A stretch of DNA of 64,000 nt from Isurus oxyrinchus (lineage: Eukaryota). This document shows, piece after piece, positions 25,721-38,990 of this stretch. Where the stretch lies: contig JANJGN010000035.1 in NCBI GenBank assembly GCA_026770705.1, forward strand, positions 8,432,001-8,496,000. The letters are read 5' to 3'. Made by a program: the position numbers and the translations under genes. The notes beneath the pieces were generated by a model. That model ran no database searches. It saw nothing but the letters and a program-made list of their open reading frames with translations, and had not been told where the DNA came from. Position 1 is the stretch's first letter, and every line of letters begins with the position of its first letter.

Positions 25721-26804
25721 GCATGGTCATACCAGCACTCAAATACAGTTCAGTCAATAATATAAGCAATATTTATTTTGAAACTGCATTAAATATCCAT
25801 TGAGCCATTTTTATATATCTTCCTTGATCAAGAGCCTGTATTATACATGTTGATATTCAAAAAAATATTTTGATTTTGATGCCATTACTAGCACTTTATT
25901 TTACTCATTTCCAGATTCTTGGCAGAAATCATGTATCACAGTTGAATGTTAATGTAGCAAGCTAAATTATGTAATAACTGTGTTATGATCAAAACTAACA
26001 CGGACACAATACATGAATGTTAAAATAACAACCAAAGTCCTTGTAGAATTAAACCAAATCGCTTAATTAGCTCACTGTCATTTTAGAACTTCGATTTTGT
26101 GGTCAAATCCATGCCTATGACTCATCAGTTGCCGAATAACAGAATGCGACATGGAAAGCTGAGGCATAAGTTCTATGTCTGAATGCTGTGAAAACATTTC
26201 GCTGCAAAAGTGTTAAGGTATTTAGAGTGTTTACTCAACAAATATAAGCATTGGCCGTGATCTCAGTTCAGTGCAGACAATTGTATAGCGACAAATGAAA
26301 AAGTGAGCTGCTTCCACTTGAGCATTGATCATTGGCGCAGTTGGCAGAGGAAACGCAAACCAGAGTGTCAGTGGCATGAAGGGCTAAACTAAAATTACAA
26401 GAGATCAGGAACTCAACTCCATGTTTTCCCACTGAATATGCAGAATATCGCCAGATCTCTGTCTTGCCTTCCGGAATAATAAGGAGAACACCTTTGAAAT
26501 AGCAAAAGCATCATTATAAGAATAACGAAATAGAAAGGCAGGTAAGATACTTTGTCACATCGCAAGAGCGTACGTGGATCTATACACTCTTAAGGGTGGA
26601 AGTCAAAATTGAGGTGATACTTTCATGCACCTACGTGTCCTGATGCACAGTCCATACAGGTGTTCAGAACAGCTCTGATGCTGTAATCTAAAAAAAAACA
26701 GAATTACACTGTTTGCATAAAACATATCAACAATGCTTCATTCTCTAATTACAATCAAAGTATCTGATATATTTGGTGATTAATATTGCTCTCTCCTTCT
26801 GTCC

Positions 26805-28290
26805 AAAATTGATTCTGCGTCAACCTGAAAAATATATTGGACCATGTGGAAGGTATGTATTATTAAGCTGTCCATTTTATGGTTTGTTCAGAATTATGAT
26901 CATGCTCTCTTCCAAACAATTATGTTAACGGTTATTGTTTATCGTGTTTTCGATTATAGGACGCTAATATGGCCAGCATTTTGTTTTTGCCTGTCACTTA
27001 TTGGCTTTAAGAACATTTTTGCACCCCATGTTCCCGAACCACTGGAGTGAGTATGTTGTCGGGAAACCCAGAATCTAAGAGTGACAAAACTTTTGCATTT
27101 ACCAGAAGACCAGGAAAGACGGACTATCTGTTATAACTGAGGCTGCTGCAAAAAAAAAATGTAGAGGAAGTGCAAATCATGGTGACATGTCTGCATCATT
27201 CGCCTTCTTATTGGTAGATGTTGCAGGTTTTGAAGATGCACTAAAAGTAGTCTCGGTAGCTAATACAATGCATTCTATATATGACACCACTAAACCTAAC
27301 GTGCGTCGGCAGAGTAGGAGTAAATCTTTAAGGAGGTGGATAGTGAGCCTACGATTTACCCTGTTTGGTGTCAAACGTCGTGCATGAGGTTAATTATGAT
27401 GTCATTCAGGCAATTGGTAAATATTTACCCGTACCTCCAATCTGAGCCTTTAAGTATTGAACACATTTGCAGTATCAGGAGATGCGTGGCTAACTGTAGA
27501 CGTAAGAACCAAAAGCCAATTTTTGTAGAAACAGCCTCACACATTATACAGTGCATAGCAAAGTGTCAATCCGCTTAACCATTTTTTCTCCACTCGAGCC
27601 TCCCAACTTTCCTAACCTAAACCCTTTAGTCTAAGCCTTCCTTCTCCTTGATATGCTTCTAGATCTTCCTGTAAAGTTCACGCTATGCATTAACTGATTC
27701 TGGGGATTCTCGTTTGTCTTGAAATCCAGCATTCATTGAATATCCCTAACTGCCCTTGAGAAGGCGACATCAACCCACCTGAGTAAAACGTTGTCGTCCA
27801 TGTGTTGTGCGATCACCCTCATTGTTGTTTGGAAGGGATTTCCATGATCTTGGCCTAGTCCCAGTGAAGTACCTGCAACAGCTTTCCAGATCACTCTCAT
27901 GAGTATCTTAAAGGGGACATTGAAGGCACTAGTGCTCACAGTCTTCTGATGCTCTTGTCCTTATACGTGGTTGAGTTCACGGGTTTGAAAGGAAATGGCG
28001 AATGACATATTCACATATAGATACATATTATTGCTGAATAATAATTAAAACAAAACATTCTGCACAATCCTTTCATCTTTCAATCAATAGTTCAGCCTCC
28101 AAACTATAAAACATACAATGTCAACGAGGATTTGTACTGCATGGGAACAGGATGTTGGCTGTTTAACAAAACGGCTCTTTGGTTGATGTGTTGGCCGGGA
28201 AATACACCACGGAATAGTTATCTCCCAAGCTTTGCTTAAAATCAAACCAGGCAGTTTGATTTTTATTAGTCACTGCATTTCCATTGAAAA
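26805..28290 (+). pseudogene. ESCO1/ESCO2-like cohesin acetyltransferase pseudogene (C-terminal domain exons)
   Basis: In order: LILRQPEKYIGPCG (cf LIIDAGQKRFGAVSCNVCG); FLHPMF..YVVGKPRI (FHNQF..YVGWKKERI); LHLPEDQ (VLPEDP); KKNVEEVQIMV (KKVDEIREMV); VDVAGFEDA (VDNDLGFQQA); ICSIRR..RRK..ASHIIQCI (ICGISR..RRKKIASRMIECL); weak last exon at ~28.17-28.29k. Multiple stops and frameshifts. Unassigned + strand exon-like pieces at 22.7-23.15k and 26.15-26.54k may be its N-terminus. Confidence 0.7.
27690..27995 (-). mobile_element. L2/Crack-like LINE 3' end
   Basis: Antisense of the family tail (ccagcattcattgaatatccctaactgcccttgagaagg). Confidence 0.6.
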
Positions 28291-29269
28291 ACAGTCGGGG
28301 AGTTGATGTTGGCCAAAATTGTTGTCTTGTGAAAAAGGCGGCATGCATTGGCATGTTTTTTTCCGTTTGTGAATGTCGGAGCCCTCTGTGCAAAACATGT
28401 CACCTCTACATCGACCACGTATAAATGAGCAACATTGTAAACGTCACTGATATTATTTTATTAGCTACAGTGCAGTGGTTAGTACAACCTGTTTTTTTGT
28501 GAAGTGTTTTCAAATTTTGGAATCATGTCTAATGCTTAACCACACCTTATGGTTTTTGCAGTTAGCGCTGAGCACTGTTAGTAGTTTGCATGTTCCAACC
28601 AACCGAATGGAGCGTAATGTTTGATGCAACGCAACAGCCTTAAAAACCTATGGCCTATATACCAGGCATGACACTGTAGCAAAATTCATGAGAGTGTGAG
28701 AGGCCAAAAGTCCTTCTGACATGCATTATAGCATCCAGTTAGTTGGGGAGAACACTGGTTTACCAAATGATGCGCTAAACATCTAGCTTCTATTGCTAAT
28801 CTTTTTTTTCAAAAATGCGTTACCCACCCATGGAAATCTGATGCAGATTCTGCACATGTCCAAAGCAAAAGTGGCGGTCTTAGGCCCAGTCATCTGTTTG
28901 CAAGAGATATAAATAAGGAACAATAAAGTTCAACCCCGGAAACGACATGTGTAAACTCGAAGCACAACTCGACTTTTCAAATTCTACAAAACTGCAGATG
29001 ACAAAAAATAAATGTTTTTCCTAATGAAGGTTCAACATTTGTCTCCATCGGACTGCCACTAAACATAACGGCACAGTCTTGCTCGAAGCAAGTGACAAAA
29101 CAGCTTGTTGCACTTGTTTAACAGTAACGATTCGATTGATGTTGTGTACTGTATGACTCGCCCTCACTCTAGAGTGCAGCCACGTATGCATAAGCTTCTC
29201 AGGAGACAGCAAGTATCATTCATTTAATCCCCGTTTTATATATGACATGTTCTGTACATCATGATGTCT

Positions 29270-29990
29270 CCAACTGGTTAAACCGGTTGCTACAAGTAAT
29301 TTTATTCACGTTTTCCACCAGGACGTTGAAAGATTACCTCACCATTTCATAGGCCATGCAGCCATTGCATATTGGTAGCAATGACGTATCCATGTGTTCA
29401 TTCCACATTGCTCTGCTGTTCACCAATGTGCCTATCAGGGAAACCATCGGGGTTTGCAATGCCTCACTATATCATAGCGATCCAAGTACATCACTGTTGC
29501 CTGAATCTGTATTCATTAAACTTGTGAATTCAGCAGCTCGTGCAGTGAGTTCCTTTTACCCCCAGACTAGGTATTCCCAAAAAGATGGTGATGCTGTGTG
29601 ATACCCTCTAGGCCCAGCTTTGCAAATCTCGTGGTCTGTTTTCACGATAAACGCATCTTCAATGGAATGACACCTAACTTCCTACACCGTGCATATTTCT
29701 GCTGTGTATATGATAGGTATGGATCCGAATCTGGAGCAGAATGTTAGCATTCCATGGTATACTTCAATGGGCTCTGACAAAAGCTCAAATTCACCATTGA
29801 CGTAAAACAGTTAAATAAGCTCCCACACAGTTGTCGGGTATTCTCTGCCACAAACAAACATTTGCTCGTCACTGTACATGTTCGGATTCAGGCTGTTCTT
29901 CAGGCTTCTAATTAGGGCCTACCACAGCCCCGTAAATCGGGGCCAAATAATTTTCTCAACATGCAAGAAAGAAGCAGAAATTGCACCACA
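29270..29990 (+). mobile_element. Penelope-like element, Poseidon-type RT fragment
   Basis: MCSFHIALLFTNVPIRETI (SFDVxSLFTNVP), YSQKDGDAV*YPLGPA (QIDGVAMGSPLGP), YFCCVYD (YFRYVDD), LKFTID. Confidence 0.8.
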
Positions 29991-30229
29991 GCTACCCTGC
30001 AGCATAACTGATATTCAACTCAAAACATGTTATTGCTGTAGATCTCACTATCTCACAAATGTTTCTCATTAGTGCCCTTCTCCCTGGATTGGCATGGACG
30101 GATAAGCTGCAATAAATTTGCGGAAAAAAAACAAATATAGTCATTTCACGCTGCTAAAATGCAAAAACAACAAGGGCGCTATCTATCACACTTGCACATG
30201 AAAATATGAGGGAGCACATCCTTGGTGAG

Positions 30230-32150
30230 GTACAGCCAAAGTGATTGTGGGTATTGGCAATTTGGTGCACAGTGGGAATTCGGGGAGCAGTGGAAGATGT
30301 GCTCATTGAATTTATTCTTGGTCATCCACCTTCTTGAATCTTCAGAGAGTGGGCTTGCTCTGCTGCAGCAGTATTGGCTACAAAGGTGGGAATGATTGGT
30401 AACAACTGGGTCAGTCTGGGTATGCATTTACTAATTTAAATGCTTATAGCTTAAGGTTCTTTTGTTGTTTATAGATTGTATGTTAAAGAGTAACAAAGAT
30501 CAGGAAAGAAGGGCCGTAGAGTAAACGTGTTATAAGTTTTAATTTAAAGGGATATCTCATGATAGGAGAAATCAAACCCAAAAGTGCTCCACCTGCTCCA
30601 TGTGGGAAGCCGGAGAAATCTTAATTTCCCAGGACTAGTATGTATGCAGGAAATATGTCGAACTGCAGTTCCTGGAAGCTCAGTTTTCAGAGCTGAAACG
30701 GCGGGTGGGGACTCTGTGAATCATCCGTGACTGTGAGGCAATTGTGGATACCAAGTTGAGAGAGGCGGCCACACTAAAGCAAAAGAGACTTGTGGAAGGA
30801 ACCAATGTGTGAACAGCAAGCAGACTAACAGAAACAGGCATATAGTTCAGGAGACCCCTGGGGCCCCAGTCACAAATCATTATTCCATTTTTGAGACTGG
30901 TGAGGACATTGTTTCTACCAGAGAGTGCAGACAGAGCCAAACTTCTGGCACCACAAGCAGCCTGTCTGATCAGGAGGGGAGGAAGAGAGGAAGAACAAGA
31001 GTAACAGCGGATTCTACAGCCAGGGGGATAGATCAGCCCTACTGTGGCCATCAACTTGAATCCAGGATGGTATGTTCCCTCCATGGTGCCAGTTATCCGG
31101 GATGTCACTGAAAAACTGCTGGACATACTGAGAGAGGATGGTGATAAGGCAGAGGTCATGGCACATGTTGGTAACAATGACATGTGTAGAAAGTGCGATG
31201 AGGTCGTTCATCAAGAATTCAGGCAGTTAAGCAGTAGACTAAAAGTCAAGACATTTCTGGATTACTCCCAGTGCCAAGTGCTAGGGCGTTCAGGAATAGG
31301 TTAAAAACACCTATGCATACGTGATTTAAGAGTTGATGCAGGAGGGAGCGTTTTAGATTCCTCGAACAGTGGGACCGTTTCTGGAAGTTGGAAACTGTTC
31401 ATGCGGGATGGAATACATCTGAACCATGGTGGGGACTCATAACACTTCCGGCGCATTTGCTAGTGCTGTTCAGAGGAGTTTAAAATAAACTGCATGTTGA
31501 GGGAACACCGAATGTTAGCACAATAGGGACGCTTGATAATACTGTAAAACAATGAAGTAAGAGGGCGTTCAGTTGTTTTAACTTTCAACGGAGGAAGGGA
31601 AGGCTGGACGGCCTCTACTTTAATGCCAGGAGCATTACAGGGAAAACGGATGAGTTAACGGTGAGGTTTGAAACGGGGAATTCTGACATAGGAGCCATCA
31701 CTGAGATGTGGCTGAGGAAGTGGATTGATTGGCAACTCAATTGGAAGTCTACAATGGATAAGTGGGGGGGGGGGGGGCGTTCAAAAAGGGAGTGTGCAGG
31801 GTACATTGTCAACATGCGCCGCATAGGGCGATAAGAAGGAGTAACAAGCGCAGCGAACCTTGGATGACCAGCGACAGTCAGCTTATTATGACAAGGAAAA
31901 TATAGGCTTTCAGCATTCACAAGGAAAGCAAATCAGCGGAGGCATTAGTGGAGTCCAGAAATTGCATGGTAATAAGGAGATCAAAGAAGGGATTTGAGAG
32001 TCTTCTGACTTGTAAAAGTATGGAAAATCCCAAGATGTTGTATTTTTATATCAATGGGAAGAGTGTAACCAGGGAAAGAGTAGAGCCCATAAGGGACCAA
32101 GGAAGCAATCTGTGGGTGGAGCAAGAGGAAATCGTTATAGTGTAGAATGT
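30230..32150 (+). mobile_element. CR1 LINE 5' portion: 5'UTR, ORF1 (zinc finger/leucine zipper plus SGNH esterase), start of ORF2 EN, deleted linker fragment
   Basis: CSTCSMWE..YVCRK; ADSTARGID..ESRMVCSLHGA; VMAHVGNND; DGIHLN; LYFNARSI..AITEMW; ENPKMLYFYINGK. Confidence 0.85.
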
Positions 32151-32459
32151 ATGCTTCACGCCCGTCAAACCAGGGAGGCGTACTACTTTTATACGAATGC
32201 TTATTGAGGTCCATGAATTTTATGGCATTGGTTAAACAGGAATGTCGCCCAGATGCCCCAAAGGCTATTGGTTCATTACGCTCACACATATAATTGGCTG
32301 CTCACGGCAGGAAAATCAATGATTGCACTCAACGAACCCATGTTTTGCAAATCCTTGAAGACTGTGCCCAACATTACACGTGGACATACGAGTAGACCAA
32401 ACTAGATAAGCAATCGTGATTCTGAAAAACATGATACTGATAACTGAATTAAGGTTGTC

Positions 32460-32760
32460 AGTTGGGCTCGCAGTGCACACCACATATGTTTCTGCCCATT
32501 ACCTTAAATCTATGCCCCCTGGTTATTCACAACTTTACGCAACCTGTGAACATCATAATAATGTAAACATCTATCAGGTCCCCACCTCAGCCTTCTCTTC
32601 GGAAAACAACTCCAGCCTATCTAGTGTCTCTTCATAGCTGAAATGTTCCAGTCTGAGTAACCTGCGGGTGAATCTCTGCTGCTCTCACTGCTCCAAAATG
32701 TGGCCACCAGAACTGCACACAGTTATCTAGATGAGAATAACAACACTTGATACAGCTTAT
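32460..32760 (-). mobile_element. CR1 LINE 3' fragment
   Basis: Antisense HLDNCVQFWWPH and gaaaacaactccagcctatctagtgtctcttcatagctg. Confidence 0.65.
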
Positions 32761-32944
32761 TTTCGCTATCTTTCTTGCATTATTTCTTCCTTCCCTTCCG
32801 TTGTCTGCCTTCTGTGTTTTACAATGGGCTTTAAAACGTATGGAGAAACTTGAGATGAAAATAAAATATTGTTGATGCTGGATATGGGAATTTTTAGGCA
32901 TTAGTTCTCTGTATCAGAAAACCCCAACTTTCTCGCTACTCACT

Positions 32945-33385
32945 CGAACAAAGACCATATAAGCCATGAAAGTCCAGCGTTGCCTCCCACCAAAATCATG
33001 ATTGAGAGACAGCTCGATGTTGAGGGTAAGGTTGAGGGTTGATAAAAATTTTGATGCTGTTCCTGGCAAACTGCACATCACAAATTCCATTTATTGAATT
33101 GTTGGATCTGTTCTGGATCTATTCCTTTTTGCTCATTGCCATTGACACACTATAAGATGAAAGTTGTCCATAACCACCTGCAACTATTCACTCCTGAAAA
33201 TTCTATCATGAGCAGATGCAACCTCAAAAAGTAACTTGATAAAGGCGAGCTTAAGGACTTGCCAGCTCTTGTTGTTTCTGTCTAGTCTAGTAAATATATC
33301 CTTCTTAGGTACACATTGGCGCTGCTAAAAAGTTACCATGCTGTTGTATATGAAGGACGCCTACCCGGAAGACATTCTGTGAATT
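32945..33385 (-). pseudogene. Possible C2orf50/CIMIP5-like remnant
   Basis: Weak: STLPSTSSCLSIMILVGGNAGLSWLIWSLF vs [30 protein letters not shown], and YTTAW*L vs TTSAGYRL. Supported mainly by synteny. Confidence 0.3.
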
Positions 33386-33444
33386 GAAACTAGAGGTTTG
33401 TGTTCCAAGTATTTTCAACAGGGTGGAGAGTCGAACAATCAGTA

Positions 33445-33760
33445 GGAGGAGACGGTGGTGTTTGAAAAGGTCACTCAATTAGTAATCCAGGTGTCGGCGG
33501 CAAATGCTTTCAGTACATACGCTGAAATTTCACCTTGGAAGCTTGCGGAATTTAAGTTCAATTGTAAATCAGGATCTGCATGCTAGTCCCATTTGTGGCG
33601 CCCTGAATCTATCATCGATTATTATAAACATTCATGTGCAGCAGAGGGCTCTTCCACTCCTGAATCTCCAATTATATTTTCATTCAATCTAATCATAGCT
33701 AAGCAGATTAACTAATTACTACATAATGATGTCTCAGGCTGGGAATATTCGTTAATAAGC
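33445..33760 (+). mobile_element. tRNA-derived Deu-type SINE (decayed)
   Basis: Head ggaggagacggtggtg..gtcactcaattagtaatccagg, same family as 1467-1755. Confidence 0.65.
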
Positions 33761-33954
33761 AATATGTTTAATTGGAGACACGCCTGTCATTCAAAAGAGA
33801 AGATGTTACTTGCCATTCAAATTAAATAGTTAAGCGAACATGGTTAGGTGGGATTCAGCAACCGTATAATGCATTTAAACATATTGTGCAGATAGAGGAA
33901 TTATACATATTTCAGTTTCATCTTACTCTGCTTCAGGCATCATGCCGTATCTTG

Positions 33955-34398
33955 CTATGAATTGCCATTGGATAGGAGACTCAAAAAAAAAATTCAGTGG
34001 CATGTGTGAGAGTCAGTGCAAGATTCTTATCGCTCTCTCTTTCTCTCTGTTTGGGTGCAAGTTCGTATAAATCTCTCTTTTTCCCTCTGTGTGTGTATGG
34101 TGCCTGAACAATGTGATCGATGTATTTGATAAAATATCCGTAAAGGTTGATAAATGAAAATTACTATGAATTGCCATTGGATAGGAGACACATAATGTAA
34201 AAAAAATAAAAATCTGTGGTCACAGTTTTCCAGTGGCATGTGTGAGAGTCGGTGCAAGTCTCTTATCGCTCTCTCTTTCTCTCTGTTTGGCTGCAAGTTC
34301 GTACAAATCTCTCTTTTTCCCTCTGTGTATATATGGTGCCTGACTAATGTATCAATGTATTACATAAAATAACAGTAAAGGTTGATTAATGAAAATTA
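33955..34398 (+). repeat. Tandem duplication of ~209/235 bp
   Basis: ctatgaattgccattggataggagac starts both copies (33955, 34164), and both end gtaaaggttgat-aatgaaaatta. Confidence 0.9.
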
Positions 34399-34399
34399 A

Positions 34400-34780
34400 T
34401 GTACGTTGTCCATGCCTGCAAGAAAAATATACTAAATGATGGCCTAACAAAAATGGAGATGATGCCATTTGAAAACCGTTGCCTGCTGGTGGGCGGATAG
34501 AGTCGGGGAGCTCAATGGCAAATAAGATTGGGACGTGGCAGATGATGTATTTTTCACACGGTGAATTATGGTAGAAAGCGGCGTTCCAGGACAAAGGGAT
34601 GTGGGTATTTCTGTGCATAGCTGCTTAAATTGATTGCGTGGTTGGGCAAGCAGATAGTGTCTTGTGTATCACACATGGGCAAAATATGCCTTCATGCATT
34701 ATCAATTGTATGCTGAAATTATATGAAGCGTCAGTTGGTGCGTAACAAAAATACAGCGCCATTTTGTGTCTCCCTGCTTA
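34400..34780 (+). mobile_element. CR1 LINE RT C-terminal fragment
   Basis: WQMMYF, QRDVG-like CR1 segments. Confidence 0.5.
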
Positions 34781-34794
34781 AAGGTTTTTCTTCC

Positions 34795-35340
34795 TCAATT
34801 TTTAAATGGGTTGTGGGTGGCATTGACAAGGCCAGCATTTGTTGACCACGTAAAATTAACTTTCTAACGAACACGCTGAGCTGCCTTCTTGAGCTGCCTT
34901 GACAAATTTAGTGCAGGCACACTCACAATGCAATTCGGAAGAACGTTCCCGAAATTTGATTCGGCAAGGTTCTGGAACAAAGTCAGACTGTTGTGTGGCA
35001 AGTTTCGTGTTGTGGTAAGTGGTGTTTGTATGCGTCTATCACCTTTAACAATTCAGGTGGAGGAGGCCCTGTATATGTAACGTGTTGCAAAATGAGCCTT
35101 GGCATGTTGTTGCATTACTATTTAATCAATAATACATATTACTGCCAATGTGCGGCAGTGGTAGAGCGAATGCATGTTTGAGTGAGAGTGTGGAGTGCAG
35201 ACCTTGGGGCCGCTTTGAACTGAATGTTCTCGTTGATCTTGAGCATTTTTTTGCCCCCACCTACAGGCAGGAAAGTGGTGTATTTTGCAACATGCAGCTG
35301 TTTTCAGCATTTTACATGGTCAAAAACCTTTGAGGAATCC
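34795..35340 (-). mobile_element. L2/Crack-like LINE 3' part
   Basis: Antisense tail gacaaggccagcatttgttgaccac..gagctgccttcttgagctg. Confidence 0.65.
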
Positions 35341-38300
35341 GGAGGTGAGTCACTCCCCTCAAAGGTCGAATGCATTAATATGCATTCATAACCCCATTTA
35401 TTATGTGAACAGTCCATTTCATTTTCTGGTCATTTGTAACTCCCTTAAAGATGATAGCGGGTGTAGTCAGTGATGGCAATTACAATGAATTTCATGTTTG
35501 TGAGCATTCTTGGAAGAGTGCCGAGCATAGTACCAGAGGGCTCATACATATGCAGTTTTTGCAACGTAGTGGGGGGTGATCTGTGGCTGCTTTCCTTCGA
35601 AGTTAGAAATTTGAGCAGCGATTTTATACAGGTGTAAAATATGTGAGATATAGGAAGACATAATGTACACATTTCATGGTAATAAAAAGACTAAAGGTGG
35701 GCAGATTGAAGCATTCTACCAACGTATGCAGTGCTAATATGAGGAAGCTTCATGGAATGGTTGGCTAATTAGTCAGTTGCTACGAGGCTCGCAGCAGTAG
35801 AGAAATCACTGAAATCAAAACATCATTTAACAAGCATATGAGGGAAATTAACCTCCAAAAGAATAGCACAGAGAGGAGATGCAGGACCGATTGTATTGCT
35901 GTAAAAACATCTAAAGGGACATGATTGAACAAATAACATCATTATACGCTGTAATTAAGTTATGACAATAACTTAAGAGGGTACATTCTGAGTCTTTGCG
36001 GTGATTGTGATTTGGAATGTTCTGACCGAAAATGTGCTTTAAACAGTTTCAGTGCACCTGAAAACTGAACTGAATAATTTGACGACATTGAAAAAGTTTC
36101 ATTTATATATCCCAAAACCAAGTGGAGTGTAACAAATGACAGTGCTTTCAAAGCGATGACAAATGCACATTTGGTGAAAATCACTCACTCTCTGCACTAG
36201 GACCCTGTGATTGTGAAATGAAAAATACATATTAACTTCCGCTGAATTCTAGTAATTTGATAAGAGCAGTGCTAAAACTGTATTCGGATGTATTATAATC
36301 CTAAAATATGAAGATGTGATGGTGCCAACATCCCATCTTGTGTACTCAATTACAGGTGATGGTGTGCGCGGCTGCAAGCCAAAAACATACTGTGAACATT
36401 TTTTTCCCTTATCTGTTTAGCCGGAATTGGTATGGAAGAAAATATCCCAAAAGCACCTGCAACACTTATTGATTAACAGGTCATTTAACACTGTTGACAA
36501 ATTACCTGAGTACGTTTAATTGAGTTACTGTGGGTTCCAGCTGATAGACGGCCTCCCGTTGTGCATCACAGAAACTGATGTTTAGTTTTTCAAGCAGCTT
36601 AACATCCTTTAATGACCTTGACAGAACCGCGAATCTGAAGGTTTAAGTTGATGTTTTGTGAATTTCGTTAGGTTCAGCGTTGATAATGCGACCGGCCTCA
36701 GGTTTAAGTCCCAAAATTGATGCAAGTAATCCAATATTTCTTTAGTGTGTTCTTTGGATTTGCCTTTCCTAAAGTTTTGAGCAAATTGTGAACAGTTTTT
36801 TTTTGAGCAATCCGACACAAGCTCGGCTGATTCCAGAGGTAATTTGCGCAATTCATGCTCAGGTTGATTAAATGAATCATGTGAAGATAGACCAAGAAGA
36901 AATCGTGAAAGCTCCTCAACTTTGCTTCCTCTTTCTATAGGTGTTTTCTGTTTATATTATTTTTGCAACTCGTTGCATAACATTGTTTCAAAGCAACCAC
37001 TTCTACGTAAAGTCAGGCGGGAACACCGGTATATTGGGCGTGAGTAGTTGTGTCCTAGCTCTTTTGATGAGTGAATTTGCAATAATAAGCAAAGGACTGA
37101 GCAGTACAGAGGATTATAGCACAATGCTTACAATGCTTATTTATACTCGACAAACTTTAATACATTTGCGGCAGGCTGTTCTTCGCCAAAATAACGCAAA
37201 AAATATTGCTTTGTCGCCTCGGAAGTGAAACCCACGGTTTCACCGATAAGACTCATGCGAGCCTTTGATGAAGACCCCAATTTCCATCCTCGACTTGTTG
37301 CCAGAACTAAACTACCTTTCAACAACTTCCCTTTAATAAAGCAAGTGCACGATATCAGGTAATTCACAATAATGCTGAGGATCTTTATATTGATTTTGTG
37401 CTGCTTGGCACTTTGTGGATCAGCGAAATCGATGGCTAGATGAATAATCAATTTTGAACAATATTTTGCTGGTTCTTTACACAAACATTCCAACTGGCTT
37501 TCGAAATCGGGAAAGGAATCATGAATCAGGCTATTGAACATCTACTACACTCTGTTGATTTCAAATGCCGAACATCATAAGGAAATGCTAATTTAAATTG
37601 TTGCTATAATTCCCCGCTTGACCATTCATAAATTAATTTTGGTGTCATGGTGCTTTTCCCAATCGTGATGTCCCGGATAGCCACAGTCGTGTAAACGGTT
37701 CCTGTTTCAGCTGAGTTCCTTCCCATTAAATAGGCCAGCTGAAATTTTTAGGGTTCTTTCTCCAATAATTCTCTACCTCGGGCCTTTTTGTCTTTTTCCA
37801 TAAGTCTCGGCACATGCAAAGGATGAGAGATGCTTATTTCAATATATATCTGATACAGGAAAATTGTGCTGCATTTTTCATTTCCTATTGCCTTTCACAC
37901 TGTAGTCTTCATATTCATTTTGTGAAAATTATCTTTGTGCAGTTGTGCTATGTCTTGAAGAAATAAATGTAACGACGTTATTGATGTCAGCCTGGTAATT
38001 CAGTAGACAGAAACTAACAGAACATGTCTGTAGAAAGAGGAAACCAACTTAAATATATATATACATATTAATATATTATATATATATTTAAAACCATCTG
38101 TTGTAAAAAATGAGACCAGAAAATTGATTCATCACACGCTGGCCCAAGATGGAATTTATAGTACCTTTGGGAACTAGAGAGCAGATTTCAAGGTTTGCAA
38201 TTCTCGTCAAAATCTATGTAAGAATATTTACAGGGGCGCATGTGCATAGCATAGGTATATGCAAAGATTAGATTCAAAATAAGAAATAACCATGTTATCA

Positions 38301-38499
38301 CAATACTGAAAGTAATGGGATCGGAATACATTAAGAACAGCAGGCAATTTTCATTTCAGTCTGGAGCCTGATTGCGGTAATTAGATGGTGCCAACACTTG
38401 CCCTGATATAATTAATAATAACAGCAGTGAGGAAATAAACTTCTATCACGTGGCCAAATCCTTTAAATTATGTGATGTTTCATTCTTTATTAGAGCTGG

Positions 38500-38990
38500 A
38501 AAAGTAATGTAAGAATTAACATGCAGAAGCGGAAGTTGGTGTTACCTGAAGACTAACATAATAAGAAAACCTGATAAATAGTCCATATGGTTGACAGTGT
38601 CTGCGGGAAATTAAATATGATTTAGAATTTTGAAACTCTGACCTTTCATCGGAAGGGTGAAACGTTAGAAATGCCACAGGATTTGAAGCAGTGAAAAGAC
38701 GGGGTGAATGGAAACAAAAAGAGGAAGATCTGCACAAGAGTGGAGGACTGGAGACAATTAAAATGCCAAACCTTTTGAAGTACAAAGGCAAAACAAGTGT
38801 AATCAACAAATAAATAAACAAAACATAGTGTGGAGGAACTGTGGACGGCAGGATAGCTGCCATCCGGACACAAGCTATAGTACATAGAGAAGACAGAAAA
38901 CAACAAATCAGAAACAAAATAAAAACAAATACATGAAATAGAGGCACAATTCCTTGGCTTTAAAATTTGAGCAGGCCGTTGAGTGCACAT
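38500..38990 (-). mobile_element. Penelope 3' terminal region
   Basis: Antisense element end including ccgatgaaaggtcagagtttcaaaa, a decayed hammerhead-like motif. Confidence 0.55.

Noticed and set aside
28825-28900. Exon-like MTGPKTATFALDMCRICIRF as SNRPD1 (ESCO1 neighbour)
   Set aside because: Similarity is too weak and I found no other SNRPD1 exons.
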